26,605 nt of DNA from a bacterium (GCA_046757525.1 JBHHYI010000043.1:1-26605); one strand, 5' to 3'. Numbered from the stretch's first letter, positions 17,757 to 26,605 are shown. The notes: a model not told the origin generated them from the sequence alone. A program made the numbers and translations.

Positions 17757-19070
17757 TTGCACGAATTAAATTCTAAGCAGGTAGAACGGGCCATCTTAAT
17801 TGGCATAAGCTTAAATGGGGGAAATCACTGGCAAGTAGAAGACCATTTAGAAGAATTAGCTCTACTGGCCGATACCGCCGGTGCCCAGGTGGTCGACAAG
17901 ATCATTCAAGCGCGGGCTCGCATCGATTCGGCTTATTTTATCGGCAAGGGCAAGGCGGAATGTCTTGCCGTGGTAGCCGACGCTGCCGACGCCGGATTGA
18001 TCATTTTTGACGATGATTTAAATCCGGCTCAGGTGCGAAACTTAGAACGCTTGACCGGCAAGAAAATCCTGGATCGGAGCGGTCTCATTTTGGACATTTT
18101 TGCGCGTCGGGCCAAGACCAGAGAAGCACGCACGCAAGTTGAGTTGGCGCAACTCAAATACCTGCTGCCGAGACTCACCCGTCAGTGGACGCACCTCTCG
18201 CGCCAAATCGGTGGCATCGGTTTCCGCGGTCCTGGCGAAACCCAGCTTGAAGTCGACCGCAGGGTAATCCGCAGGAAAATCGGTGCGCTGACTAAGGATT
18301 TGGAAAAGATCAAAAGCCAGCGCAAAGTCCGCCGTCAGCGACGCAAGGAGAATTTCAAAGTTGGCCTGGTTGGCTACACCAACGTTGGCAAGTCCACTTT
18401 GATGAACGCCTTGACGGAATCGGAAGTGTTTGTGGAGAACCGGCTTTTCGCGACTTTGGATGCGACCGTGCGTCATTTAGACACCGAGAATCACCAACCC
18501 ATCTTGCTGGTCGACACGGTGGGATTCATCCGCAAATTGCCGCATCATTTGGTGGCCTCGTTTATGAGCACGCTGGAAGAGGCCAAAGAGGTAGACATGC
18601 TGCTTCACGTGGCTGATGTTAGTCATCCGCAGTTCTTGCAGCAAATCGCCGTGGTAAAAGATGTGCTGCACCAATTGCAGATTTCGCACAAACCGACCCT
18701 GATGGTGTTCAACAAAGTTGACAGACTCAAGGAGAAGGGATTAATCCCGCGGCTGAGCAAGGATTTCCAGCCCAGTATTTTCGTTTCAGCTACCAAAGGA
18801 TTGTTCCTAAACGATCTAAAGGATACGATTCTGCGCATGTCCCGCGAGAGGTTCGTCGCCGTCGAACTCGTCTTGGATGTACAGTTTTCCTGGATCACCT
18901 CGAAGCTGTATGAACTGAGCGATGTGTTGGATACCCGGTACGACGATCGCCAGGTGAGGGTCTCTTTAAAAGCCTCGGAGCAAAAACTGGAATCTCTGAA
19001 ATCGTTCTTGCAGGAACAAACCCATGGTGCATTTAAATTATCGCTTATTTCCAATGGTTCAAAAAACTAA
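17757..19070 (+). CDS. hflX: ribosome-splitting GTPase HflX
   Basis: LILDIFARRA, QVELAQL, GPGETQLEVDRR, GYTNVGKST, LFATLD, DTVGFI, NKVD; TTG start after AGGAGGT at 17741-17747 (alternative ATG 17712). Confidence 0.96.
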   Translation: MHELNSKQVERAILIGISLNGGNHWQVEDHLEELALLADTAGAQVVDKIIQARARIDSAYFIGKGKAECLAVVADAADAGLIIFDDDLNPAQVRNLERLTGKKILDRSGLILDIFARRAKTREARTQVELAQLKYLLPRLTRQWTHLSRQIGGIGFRGPGETQLEVDRRVIRRKIGALTKDLEKIKSQRKVRRQRRKENFKVGLVGYTNVGKSTLMNALTESEVFVENRLFATLDATVRHLDTENHQPILLVDTVGFIRKLPHHLVASFMSTLEEAKEVDMLLHVADVSHPQFLQQIAVVKDVLHQLQISHKPTLMVFNKVDRLKEKGLIPRLSKDFQPSIFVSATKGLFLNDLKDTILRMSRERFVAVELVLDVQFSWITSKLYELSDVLDTRYDDRQVRVSLKASEQKLESLKSFLQEQTHGAFKLSLISNGSKN

Positions 19071-20754
19071 TTTTGTGACCTGGAGCGGTCTCTTTGTCTG
19101 GCTCGTTTTCCTTTGTTCAGGGGCTTACGCCCAGGGTTTTGTGCAAAGGACACACGAAACAAATCCGAATTATCGGGAAGGCGATTGGATCAGCTATTCC
19201 GTGGCCAAGTACGTGACTTCGATTGCCATCGGCGATCAGTACGTCTATTTCGGCACCCGGCATGCCGGCATCACGCGATACGATTTTTTCCGCAATCGCT
19301 GGGACTTTCCCTGGACGACCAGCAACGGCCTGGCCGACAATGCGGTTTTTGCTGTGGCCTACGACCCCGATACTGGCTTTTTGTGGTGCGCTACACACCT
19401 GGCCATTAGCTACTATCATCCCACGGCACACCGCTGGCGCAACTTGTTCAAGGATGAATTTGGCCTGCCGGTTTTTGACGAAGTTGAATCCATCGGGATT
19501 ACCACCGATAAGATTGTGTTTGTAACCCGCACTGGCAAGGTCTTTGAAGGCAACAAATTCGGCGGCCTCCTTTTGGTTGCCGGCAACAATTTTGCAGGCG
19601 CCACGCCACACGGCAAGATTCGCTGGTTTGGTAAACTGGCCCAGAAGAGAAGGAGGTTCCCGCAGTTTTTTATGAGCGATGGCTATCTGTTCGACCAGCA
19701 AGGCATCGTTGAGGATCCCCATTTTCGCCGCGCTGAAATCGACGCCTACCTGGAAGATCGTTGGGGCAACCTCTGGATCGGCACCAGGGGACTGGGGGCC
19801 GGCAGGGCCGACCTCAATACTTTTCGGCTGGACATGTTGAATTTCGGCCTGACCAGTCCTATGGTGAGCGCGCTGAGTTTTTATGATAACGAACTCTGGA
19901 TGGGTAGTGCCCGCAGCTTTGGTCAGGATCGGGGCATTACGGCCTGGAACATGGACCAGGAACGCTGGCGCTATTATGAGCAGCGCGACATCACGGATCT
20001 GGAAAGCGACCAAATCAATGCCATTACCGTGGATGGCGATTCCATTTGGTTTGCGACGGATCACGGGCTTTCTCTTTACGACTACAAAAGAGGTCGCTGG
20101 AAAACCGAAGACAACTTTGACGGTCTCTCCGATAATCGAGTGTTTGACGTCATTGCCGACAAAGGTTGGATTTACGTGGCGACGGCCAACGGCATAGATC
20201 GCATCTCAAGAAAGCGCCCGGCCAAGAAAGACAGCTTAATCATTGAGCACATAAGTCCCCTGAATTTGACCCTGGTCGAAGTTTACGATTTAGAGTTGAC
20301 GAAAAACCTGCTGTGGGCGGGCACACGCCGGGGCATTTTTGTTTACGATACCAATAAAAAGGAAGGCGGCTTCAACGCTGAAATCGGTGGGCCGGTCAAC
20401 GAGGTGGTCACTTCTATTTCGAGTTATGCTAATGAAATCTGGTTTGGTACTCAGGCAGGCATCGAGGCGTACGACCTCGACAAGAAGGAGTGGTTCGGCG
20501 TGCCTGAAGCGCGCTCTTTCCCCAACACGCCCATCAATCGCATTCTTGCCTGCAAAGATGCCGTTTGGGCGGCCACCAATCACGGCGTGCTCAAATTCAA
20601 CCGCAAGAGCCGAAGCTGGCGCACCTTTAACACAACAGACGGCTTGCTCGACGACCGTGTCCACGCGTTGCTGCTGGACGGCGACTACCTCTGGCTCGGC
20701 ACCAACCGCGGCATCACCCAATTTTTGTGGAACGATCCGAACCGGGTGGATTAG
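19054..20754 (+). CDS. secreted beta-propeller repeat protein (two-component-regulator propeller-like repeats)
   Basis: Signal-peptide-like N terminus ending AYA-Q; repeated GL.DN.V...WxAT/WxGT blades; no signalling domain visible. Confidence 0.75.
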   Translation: MVQKTNFVTWSGLFVWLVFLCSGAYAQGFVQRTHETNPNYREGDWISYSVAKYVTSIAIGDQYVYFGTRHAGITRYDFFRNRWDFPWTTSNGLADNAVFAVAYDPDTGFLWCATHLAISYYHPTAHRWRNLFKDEFGLPVFDEVESIGITTDKIVFVTRTGKVFEGNKFGGLLLVAGNNFAGATPHGKIRWFGKLAQKRRRFPQFFMSDGYLFDQQGIVEDPHFRRAEIDAYLEDRWGNLWIGTRGLGAGRADLNTFRLDMLNFGLTSPMVSALSFYDNELWMGSARSFGQDRGITAWNMDQERWRYYEQRDITDLESDQINAITVDGDSIWFATDHGLSLYDYKRGRWKTEDNFDGLSDNRVFDVIADKGWIYVATANGIDRISRKRPAKKDSLIIEHISPLNLTLVEVYDLELTKNLLWAGTRRGIFVYDTNKKEGGFNAEIGGPVNEVVTSISSYANEIWFGTQAGIEAYDLDKKEWFGVPEARSFPNTPINRILACKDAVWAATNHGVLKFNRKSRSWRTFNTTDGLLDDRVHALLLDGDYLWLGTNRGITQFLWNDPNRVD

Positions 20755-20850
20755 AATGATTGGTCAAACGGAACTTAAGGTATCTTGTTAAGTACTATTC
20801 TAAAATAACATTTATTTATAGATCCTATTATTTATGCTGTGAGGTGACAC

Positions 20851-21090
20851 GTGCAAACAATTAAGGCCATTTACAAAGGCAGGAAAACTATTCAATTACT
20901 TGAAGAACTTGACCTAGCCAGAGGGACGAGGTTAGAACTCACAATGGATATTCCCAAAGATTCTCAAGAATCTGAATTAGGCCAAAGTATCGTGCGAGGA
21001 CTTCATGACGCTGTTTCTGGACGAATTAGAGTTGTTGAAAATGCCGAAAATATAGAAAGCTGGGCGGAAAAATTCAGTGACAAGATATAA
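20851..21090 (+). CDS. putative antitoxin (AF2212/DUF104-like N terminus)
   Basis: MQTIKAIY.G...LLEELDL..G..LEL pattern; small, overlaps the downstream RelE-like gene. Confidence 0.6.
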   Translation: MQTIKAIYKGRKTIQLLEELDLARGTRLELTMDIPKDSQESELGQSIVRGLHDAVSGRIRVVENAENIESWAEKFSDKI

Positions 21091-21415
21091 GTTTATTGTT
21101 ACCGAAGAATTTGTACGTCAATATAAAAAACTGAAGAAAACGAACAAAAGGTTGTCCGATGAGTTTGATCAATTTCTTAAGCATTTTGATCATAGTAAAG
21201 GGGCAGTCATTTCAAACACTGGGGGAGCGAGAAAAATTCGCATGAAGGGATCGGGTCGAGGTAAGAGTGGTGCTTATCGCGTCATTTATTATTTGTTAAT
21301 TGAAAATAAAATATTTTTTCTAACCATTTAAAGCAAAAGTGTTAAAGAAGATCTAACAAGAGCTGAATTAAGAGAGATTAAGAATCTGATCGCAAAACTA
21401 AAGAGCCAAGTATAG
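21077..21415 (+). pseudogene. RelE/HigB-2 family toxin interrupted by an in-frame TAA at 21329-21331
   Basis: TGGARKIR...GKSGAYRVIYY motif; the frame continues past the TAA as SKSVKEDLTRAELREIKNLIAKLKSQV to TAG 21413-21415, matching the family LxIYxKxxxxDL tail. Confidence 0.82.
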
Positions 21416-21699
21416 TCTCTTAACTAAGAGTATAACAGAACTTCAGGACAAGGCTCAGAGACCGGGCTTCCAGACTATTAAATCCAATTTGTTCCAAGGT
21501 TTCAATTCTTAGCGGCGGCACAAAATGTTGGTGTCGATACACGCATCAGAGCTCAGATGCAAGGGGCTCAAACATTCCACTCTTCAAGTTCCTCACTTTC
21601 CGCGACGTCTTTCATATAGAAACTTTCTCGTACCGTCCCCTGAGTCGCTCGAACCATGCTTTTCCCTTTTTCTGATGTTTGGGTTGTCAGAGAATCATC

Positions 21700-21728
21700 T
21701 TGACTTTTGTGTGTAATTCTCTTAATTT
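21700..21728 (+). promoter_or_regulatory. possible sigma70 promoter of rarA
   Basis: TTGACT (21700-21705), 17 bp spacer, TAATTT (21723-21728). Confidence 0.45.
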
Positions 21729-21767
21729 TTAGTCAATTAAATTTAATAGAAAATGTGAAAACCTACC

Positions 21768-23090
21768 ATGGAACTCTTTGATGTGGAAGCGGCCAGGGCC
21801 GTCAAAAAATCCACGCCGCTGGCAGACCGCATGCGTCCCAAATCGTTAGCCGATTTTGTCGGTCAGGAACATCTTTTGGGGGAAGGCAAGATTCTGCGCC
21901 GGGCTATCGAAACCGACGACCTGATTTCCATGATTTTTTGGGGACCGCCGGGCGTGGGAAAGACGACCTTGGCGCAGATCGTTGCCCACGAGGCCAGGGC
22001 GGATTTCTACGCCACCAGTGCGGTGACCGCAGGCGTTGCTGACATCCGCAAGGTGATTGAGAAAGCCAAAGTCAACCGCAGCCTGGCCAAGCGCACCATT
22101 CTGTTCCTCGACGAAATTCACCGTTTCAACAAGGCGCAGCAGGACGTCTTGCTGCACAGCGTGGAAGACGGCACCGTGTTGCTCATCGGGGCCACCACCG
22201 AGAATCCGTCGTTTGAGGTCATCTCCGCGCTGCTTTCGCGCTGCCGAGTTTACCGCCTGAATCCCCTGGGCGAGGAAGAAATCGGCCTTATTTTACAAAA
22301 CGCGCTTGCCAAAGATGAGATGACCCGCGACCAGAAACTCGCTTTCGAAGCCCAGGCCCGGGAGCTGTTGATCAAACTGGCGGGCGGCGATGCGCGCATG
22401 GCGTTGAATGCGCTGGAGCTGGCCATAAAACTGGCACCGGTTGCTTCGGACGGGTCTAAGAAAATCGCGGTTAAGACCGTGCAGGACGCCTTTCAAAGCA
22501 AGACCATCCTGTATGACAAGAAAGGCGACTTTCATTACGACACCATTTCGGCATTCATCAAGAGCGTGCGGGGCTCTGATCCAAATGGCGCGCTGCACTG
22601 GCTGGTGCGCATGCTTGAGGCCGGTGAAGACCCCAAGTTCATTGCCCGCCGGCTAATCATCCTGGCTTCCGAAGACATCGGAAACGCCGACCCGCAGGCG
22701 CTGGTTCTGGCCACCGCGGCCTTTACCGCGGTCACCTACATCGGCATGCCCGAAGGGGCGTTGGTGTTGGCACAGGCCACCACCTATCTGGCTTCGGCCC
22801 CAAAGAGCAATGCCTCGTACAAGGCGCTCTCAGCAGCCCAGAAAGATGTGCGTCAGCAGCCCCAGGAACCCGTCCCACTGCACCTGCGCAATGCGCCAAC
22901 CGACTTAATGAAACGACAGGGCTATTCCGAGGGTTACCGCTACCCGCACGATTATGACGCCAATTTTGTTGAACAAAACTATTTGCCAAATGGCCTGAAA
23001 GATCGTATCTATTATTTGCCCGCGGACCACGGTTACGAAAGAACGCTGAAGGAGAGATTGGAGCGACTTTGGCAAAAATACAAAAAATGA
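21768..23090 (+). CDS. rarA: replication-associated recombination protein A (MgsA, AAA+ ATPase)
   Basis: PLADRMRP, WGPPGVGKTT, DEIHRFNKAQQD, GATTENPSF, SAFIKSVRGSD, ASEDIGNADP, VPLHLRNAPT. Confidence 0.97.
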   Translation: MELFDVEAARAVKKSTPLADRMRPKSLADFVGQEHLLGEGKILRRAIETDDLISMIFWGPPGVGKTTLAQIVAHEARADFYATSAVTAGVADIRKVIEKAKVNRSLAKRTILFLDEIHRFNKAQQDVLLHSVEDGTVLLIGATTENPSFEVISALLSRCRVYRLNPLGEEEIGLILQNALAKDEMTRDQKLAFEAQARELLIKLAGGDARMALNALELAIKLAPVASDGSKKIAVKTVQDAFQSKTILYDKKGDFHYDTISAFIKSVRGSDPNGALHWLVRMLEAGEDPKFIARRLIILASEDIGNADPQALVLATAAFTAVTYIGMPEGALVLAQATTYLASAPKSNASYKALSAAQKDVRQQPQEPVPLHLRNAPTDLMKRQGYSEGYRYPHDYDANFVEQNYLPNGLKDRIYYLPADHGYERTLKERLERLWQKYKK

Positions 23091-23346
23091 ACGGGACGAG
23101 TTCTACCAAAGGATTTTCCGATTTGGGTATGCGAACAGATTGTTGCCGTTCGTTATTTTCAACCCGCGCGGAACAAAAGTGGATGATTTTAGTGTTACAC
23201 TAACAAGGATTCTGTAACATGTGGGCGGCTACTCCTACTCGTAACTTAGCCAACCAGGGGTGTGGGAGTCCTCACTGCCTGGTCGATTTAGGAATCGGAA
23301 TGGATGGTGCTGCGGCTTTGCCAACGGAATCCAGATTGTTGTTCTT

Positions 23347-26058
23347 ATGAAGATGTTGTTGTTAAAACTATTCTGTTGTATCTCTTTCGTTTTCTTCTGC
23401 GCTGGTATTGATCTCGCCCAGGAAACCAACTCCTCAGATCGCGCGAACAAAATTGCAGGGACAGACAGTTCTGCGGTAACGGGACAAGAGCCTGCCACCA
23501 CTGCGCAGTCGTCTCAGGCTTTAGCCATGCCTCGCCCCAAAAGAGACATCCAACCTGCGAACACCGGATTGCAAGGAGAGGTGGAATACAGCGCGAGACA
23601 CTTTGACAGCAACATCTCGGAAAACGTCACCTACCTCACGGGCGATGCGGTGGTCAAATACAAGAACATGACCCTCGAAGCGGGCAAGATTACCATTTTT
23701 TGGAACAAATATACCATGTTCGCCGAAGGGTTGCCCGATTCGTCACATCTCAACCATTCCACCGATGCCGACACCATGGCGGTCCAATACACGGGCTTGC
23801 CGGTTTTTACCGACGGTCGGGAAAAGATGCGCGGATTTAAGATGGAGTACAATTTTAAATCTGAGCGAGGCCGGGTTATCCGGGGACGCAGTGCGCAGCA
23901 GGGCGCCTATTATTTTGGCGAAACCATCAAACGGGTGGCCCCGGAAGAATTCAACATCGGCAACGGCAGCTACACCACCTGCGACAAAGCAGAACCGCAT
24001 TACCAATTCAAGGGCAAGAAAATGAAGATCATTCTGGGGGACAAAGTCATCGCCAAGCCCGTGATCTTTTTCATCGGCAAAATTCCGGTGGCTATTTTGC
24101 CCTTTGCATTTTATTCCACCAAAGCCGGACGTCATTCCGGTATCATCATCCCGCAGTTTGGCAGCAGTCAACTCGAAGGACGCTACTTGCGCAACCTGGG
24201 CTATTACTGGGCGACCAACGATTACATGGATATGCGATTTACCCTGGACTTTTTCGAAAGGTCGGGAGTCTTGTTCAGAACGGACATGAACTACGCCCTG
24301 CGTTACAAATTCCGTGGTTCCATTGGCGGTTCCATTACTCGCAAGAGCTTCCCTGGAGGACGCAGTGAGCGCCGCTGGGATTTAAGAATCAACCACAGCC
24401 AGGAGATCAATGAAACGACGCGACTCTCTGTCAGTGCGAGTTTTGTCAACAACGACAATTTCTACAGAGACCTGAGTCAGAATAGACAGGAAGTGCTGCG
24501 CAGGCAGATTGTCTCCAACGCCACCCTCACCAAGAGGTGGTCCGAAGGCAAGAGAAGCATGACTCTGAATCTTTCCGAAACCCGGGACCTGGAGACCGGC
24601 ACTCATTCAAGGACTTTGCCCAATTTGCAGTTGAGTTTCAGTCGTAGCCAGATTTTTCCTTTCACAGAGGACAAGCGCGGGTCCGGCCGTTCCCGCGAAA
24701 ACGCCAAATGGTACAACTATCTTTACTATTCCTACTCCGGGCGTTTTGTCAACTCGATTAGCAAAGCCAGCAGAGACAATGCGAATACGGTTGTCAATCG
24801 AAATGCCAAACACCGGCTTAATTTCACCTTATCGAATCCCAAGAAGATTTTTGGCTGGCTTTCACTGACGCACTCCTTGAATGTCAATGAAGACTGGGTC
24901 GATCGCACCAGGAGCTTTGCTTTTGTGGATTCTACTCAGACCATCGCGCAAACGGAGGACCAAGGGTTTGCAGCACGGCACCTATTTTCCTATTCCACCA
25001 CCGCGAATAGCAAAGTTTACGGCCAGTTCAATATGCACATCGGGGCGATCCGGGCCATTCGTCATGTGATGACCCCGAGTTTGTCTTTCACTTACCAGCC
25101 TAATTTTTCAAACGACTTCTGGGGCTATTTTCAAACCGTCCGCGATAGCTCGGGCAATCCCGTGCGCGACGCCTCGGGCAAGGTCGTCAAAAGGGATCGC
25201 TTTGGCGGCACGCCTTCGGTGGAGCGCAACACTTTGTCGTTTGGTTTGAGCAATCTGTTCCAGATGAAACTGGGTGAGGGGGAAAGGGAACGAAAAATAG
25301 ACCTGTTCAATTTGAATTTTACCGGGGGTTACAATTTTGCCGCCGACAGTTTAAACTGGAATAATCTCAACACGGCTTTCCGGGCCAATCCCCAAAATAA
25401 TGTGTCATTGAACATCAACACCCGCCACAGTTTTTACGACTTCGATCGGCAAACGGGCCGAACAGTCAACAAACTCCTGTTTAATAAGGGCGGCCTGTTT
25501 AATTTTCTGCGGCTGGTTTCTTTTCGCTTCGATGCCCGCTGGACTCTAAAGGGCCGCAGGAAAAGCGAAGGCGAATCCGAAAGCGGCGCCCGGTCCCGCA
25601 CCGAACGGCCGGAAAGCGAACGTTTGGAAGTGTCGCAAGTCGACCGAGAAGGCCTGCCCACGGGCGAAGGTGTGGGCGACCGATTCGATTCTCAAAGCGC
25701 GTTTTCGGCTTTGAACATTCCCTGGCGGGCCACCCTTGCCCTGTCTTACAGCGAGAACAAATCCAATCCAAACCGTCCTTCCCGCACCGCCTACATCGAT
25801 CTTTCCAACGTGGAAGTGCAGTTGACCAGGAATTGGCGCATCGGCTACCGGGTGCGCTACGATATCGAGAGAGGGGATCTGGCAGATCACCGAATCTCGT
25901 TTCACCGGGACCTGCACTGCTGGGAAGCGCTATTTACCTGGAACCCTTCAGGCATCGGCCAGGGATTCTATTTCAGGATCAACATCAAGGCCTCTCACTT
26001 AAGCCAGATAAAAATCGAAAAACGCGGCGGCACCAGCAGCGTCTTTTCGCCCTTTTAA
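23347..26058 (+). CDS. lptD: putative LPS assembly protein LptD (OstA-like N domain + outer-membrane beta-barrel)
   Basis: Signal peptide at ATG 23347; LTGDAVVKY..MTLEAGKI jellyroll segment; YTTCD...PHY motif; RDLHCWE near the C terminus; amphipathic beta strands. Confidence 0.85.
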   Translation: MKMLLLKLFCCISFVFFCAGIDLAQETNSSDRANKIAGTDSSAVTGQEPATTAQSSQALAMPRPKRDIQPANTGLQGEVEYSARHFDSNISENVTYLTGDAVVKYKNMTLEAGKITIFWNKYTMFAEGLPDSSHLNHSTDADTMAVQYTGLPVFTDGREKMRGFKMEYNFKSERGRVIRGRSAQQGAYYFGETIKRVAPEEFNIGNGSYTTCDKAEPHYQFKGKKMKIILGDKVIAKPVIFFIGKIPVAILPFAFYSTKAGRHSGIIIPQFGSSQLEGRYLRNLGYYWATNDYMDMRFTLDFFERSGVLFRTDMNYALRYKFRGSIGGSITRKSFPGGRSERRWDLRINHSQEINETTRLSVSASFVNNDNFYRDLSQNRQEVLRRQIVSNATLTKRWSEGKRSMTLNLSETRDLETGTHSRTLPNLQLSFSRSQIFPFTEDKRGSGRSRENAKWYNYLYYSYSGRFVNSISKASRDNANTVVNRNAKHRLNFTLSNPKKIFGWLSLTHSLNVNEDWVDRTRSFAFVDSTQTIAQTEDQGFAARHLFSYSTTANSKVYGQFNMHIGAIRAIRHVMTPSLSFTYQPNFSNDFWGYFQTVRDSSGNPVRDASGKVVKRDRFGGTPSVERNTLSFGLSNLFQMKLGEGERERKIDLFNLNFTGGYNFAADSLNWNNLNTAFRANPQNNVSLNINTRHSFYDFDRQTGRTVNKLLFNKGGLFNFLRLVSFRFDARWTLKGRRKSEGESESGARSRTERPESERLEVSQVDREGLPTGEGVGDRFDSQSAFSALNIPWRATLALSYSENKSNPNRPSRTAYIDLSNVEVQLTRNWRIGYRVRYDIERGDLADHRISFHRDLHCWEALFTWNPSGIGQGFYFRINIKASHLSQIKIEKRGGTSSVFSPF

Positions 26059-26372
26059 TCTAACGTACAAACCTGCTTTCCGGGCCCGTCTCCTTTGGAA
26101 GCGAGACAGGTTTTCACTCGTCCCGAACGAAAAGCTGAGGGATGTCTGGCCACGCGAACCGTGACCTGGGGTGTGATGCTGTATCCTGTCGTTCCCCTGG
26201 TTTTTTCGCCAGTCGCCACCAAAACCGGCTCCCCCATCGAACAGCAATTAATTTCATCGTGTTCAACGATGTTTGTCGGTGGAGATCCGACCGCAGAGGA
26301 ACGTTTCCTAAAAGCCCGCACAATTCGCTGCAACCGGGTTGCTTTAAATGTCGGAAACGCCAAAGGCAGCCC

Positions 26373-26444
26373 TGTCATGCAGGAGGGAACTTGTTACTGG
26401 TGAGCACTGTGCGAGTCAGCCAACAGGATTCCTCCTGAATGACA
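26373..26444. repeat. TGTCAT...ATGACA-bounded palindromic (REP/MITE-like) element
   Basis: TGTCAT-GCAGGAGGGAA-CTTGTT ... AACAGG-ATTCCTCCTGA-ATGACA imperfect inverted repeat. Confidence 0.6.
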
Positions 26445-26501
26445 TTGGAGGCTGTAATAAAGGACGGCGACAGTTAGGCGTTTCCAGAAGGCAATTTGTG
26501 A

Positions 26502-26605
26502 GTCATCCCGAGTAGGTCACCGCTGTTCAGGTGACCGTATCGAGGGGTGACGGGCGTCGCCCTTCGATACGTCCCGACCCAAAAAGCGGTCGGGACTACT
26601 CAGGA
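26502..26605. repeat. GTCAT-bounded multi-hairpin REP-like element, truncated by the window end
   Basis: Outer TCCCGAGTAG/CTACTCAGGA stem enclosing three hairpins: GGTCACC/GGTGACC, CGTATCGAGGGGTGACG/CGTCGCCCTTCGATACG and GTCCCGACC/GGTCGGGAC. Confidence 0.7.

Noticed and set aside
23260..23346. Upstream GTG start for the lptD-like gene; likewise the longer starts at 14600, 17667 and 19024
   Set aside because: Downstream starts fit RBS position, signal peptides or family N termini better
26055..26438. ORFs 26055-26378(-), 26095-26403(+), 26114-26323(-) and 26142-26438(+)
   Set aside because: Mutually overlapping, no motifs or convincing RBS, and they run through palindromic DNA
26058..26479. 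ATCTAAC ... GTTAGGC as an integron attC site
   Set aside because: The two core-like sites are over 400 bp apart, far beyond attC size, and there is no integrase or cassette array

Overview
Bacterial chromosomal housekeeping region, almost entirely on the + strand. The gene content (group II GGGP synthase, BatA/VWA protein, LptD-like protein, beta-propeller) suggests a diderm FCB-type bacterium, which is an inference. Order: sigma70-like promoter, tRNA-Glu, tRNA-Arg(ACG), tadA, two tRNA-Ser, tRNA-Ala, large Alu-type SRP RNA, dnaX, ybaB, recR, pgsA, pgpA, cinA, thpR, recA, recX, alaS, GGGPS, CpsB-type phosphatase, BatA/VWA protein, hflX, beta-propeller protein, rarA, lptD-like gene. Four small toxin-antitoxin-like modules sit between these core genes: a MenT-like nucleotidyltransferase pair between recA and recX, DUF4160/DUF2442, VapBC, and a RelE/HigB-2 toxin broken by a nonsense codon. 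The most notable signals are: (1) a complete recoding cassette in dnaX (A9 run, in-phase A-AAA-AAG, downstream stem, early stops in both shifted frames); (2) the tadA stop codon lying inside tRNA-Ser, so that tRNA maturation would create a non-stop mRNA; (3) the nucleotidyltransferase module with a 68-nt dual-coding overlap; (4) GTCAT-bounded palindromic elements at the right end. All calls are by eye from motifs; no searches were run.
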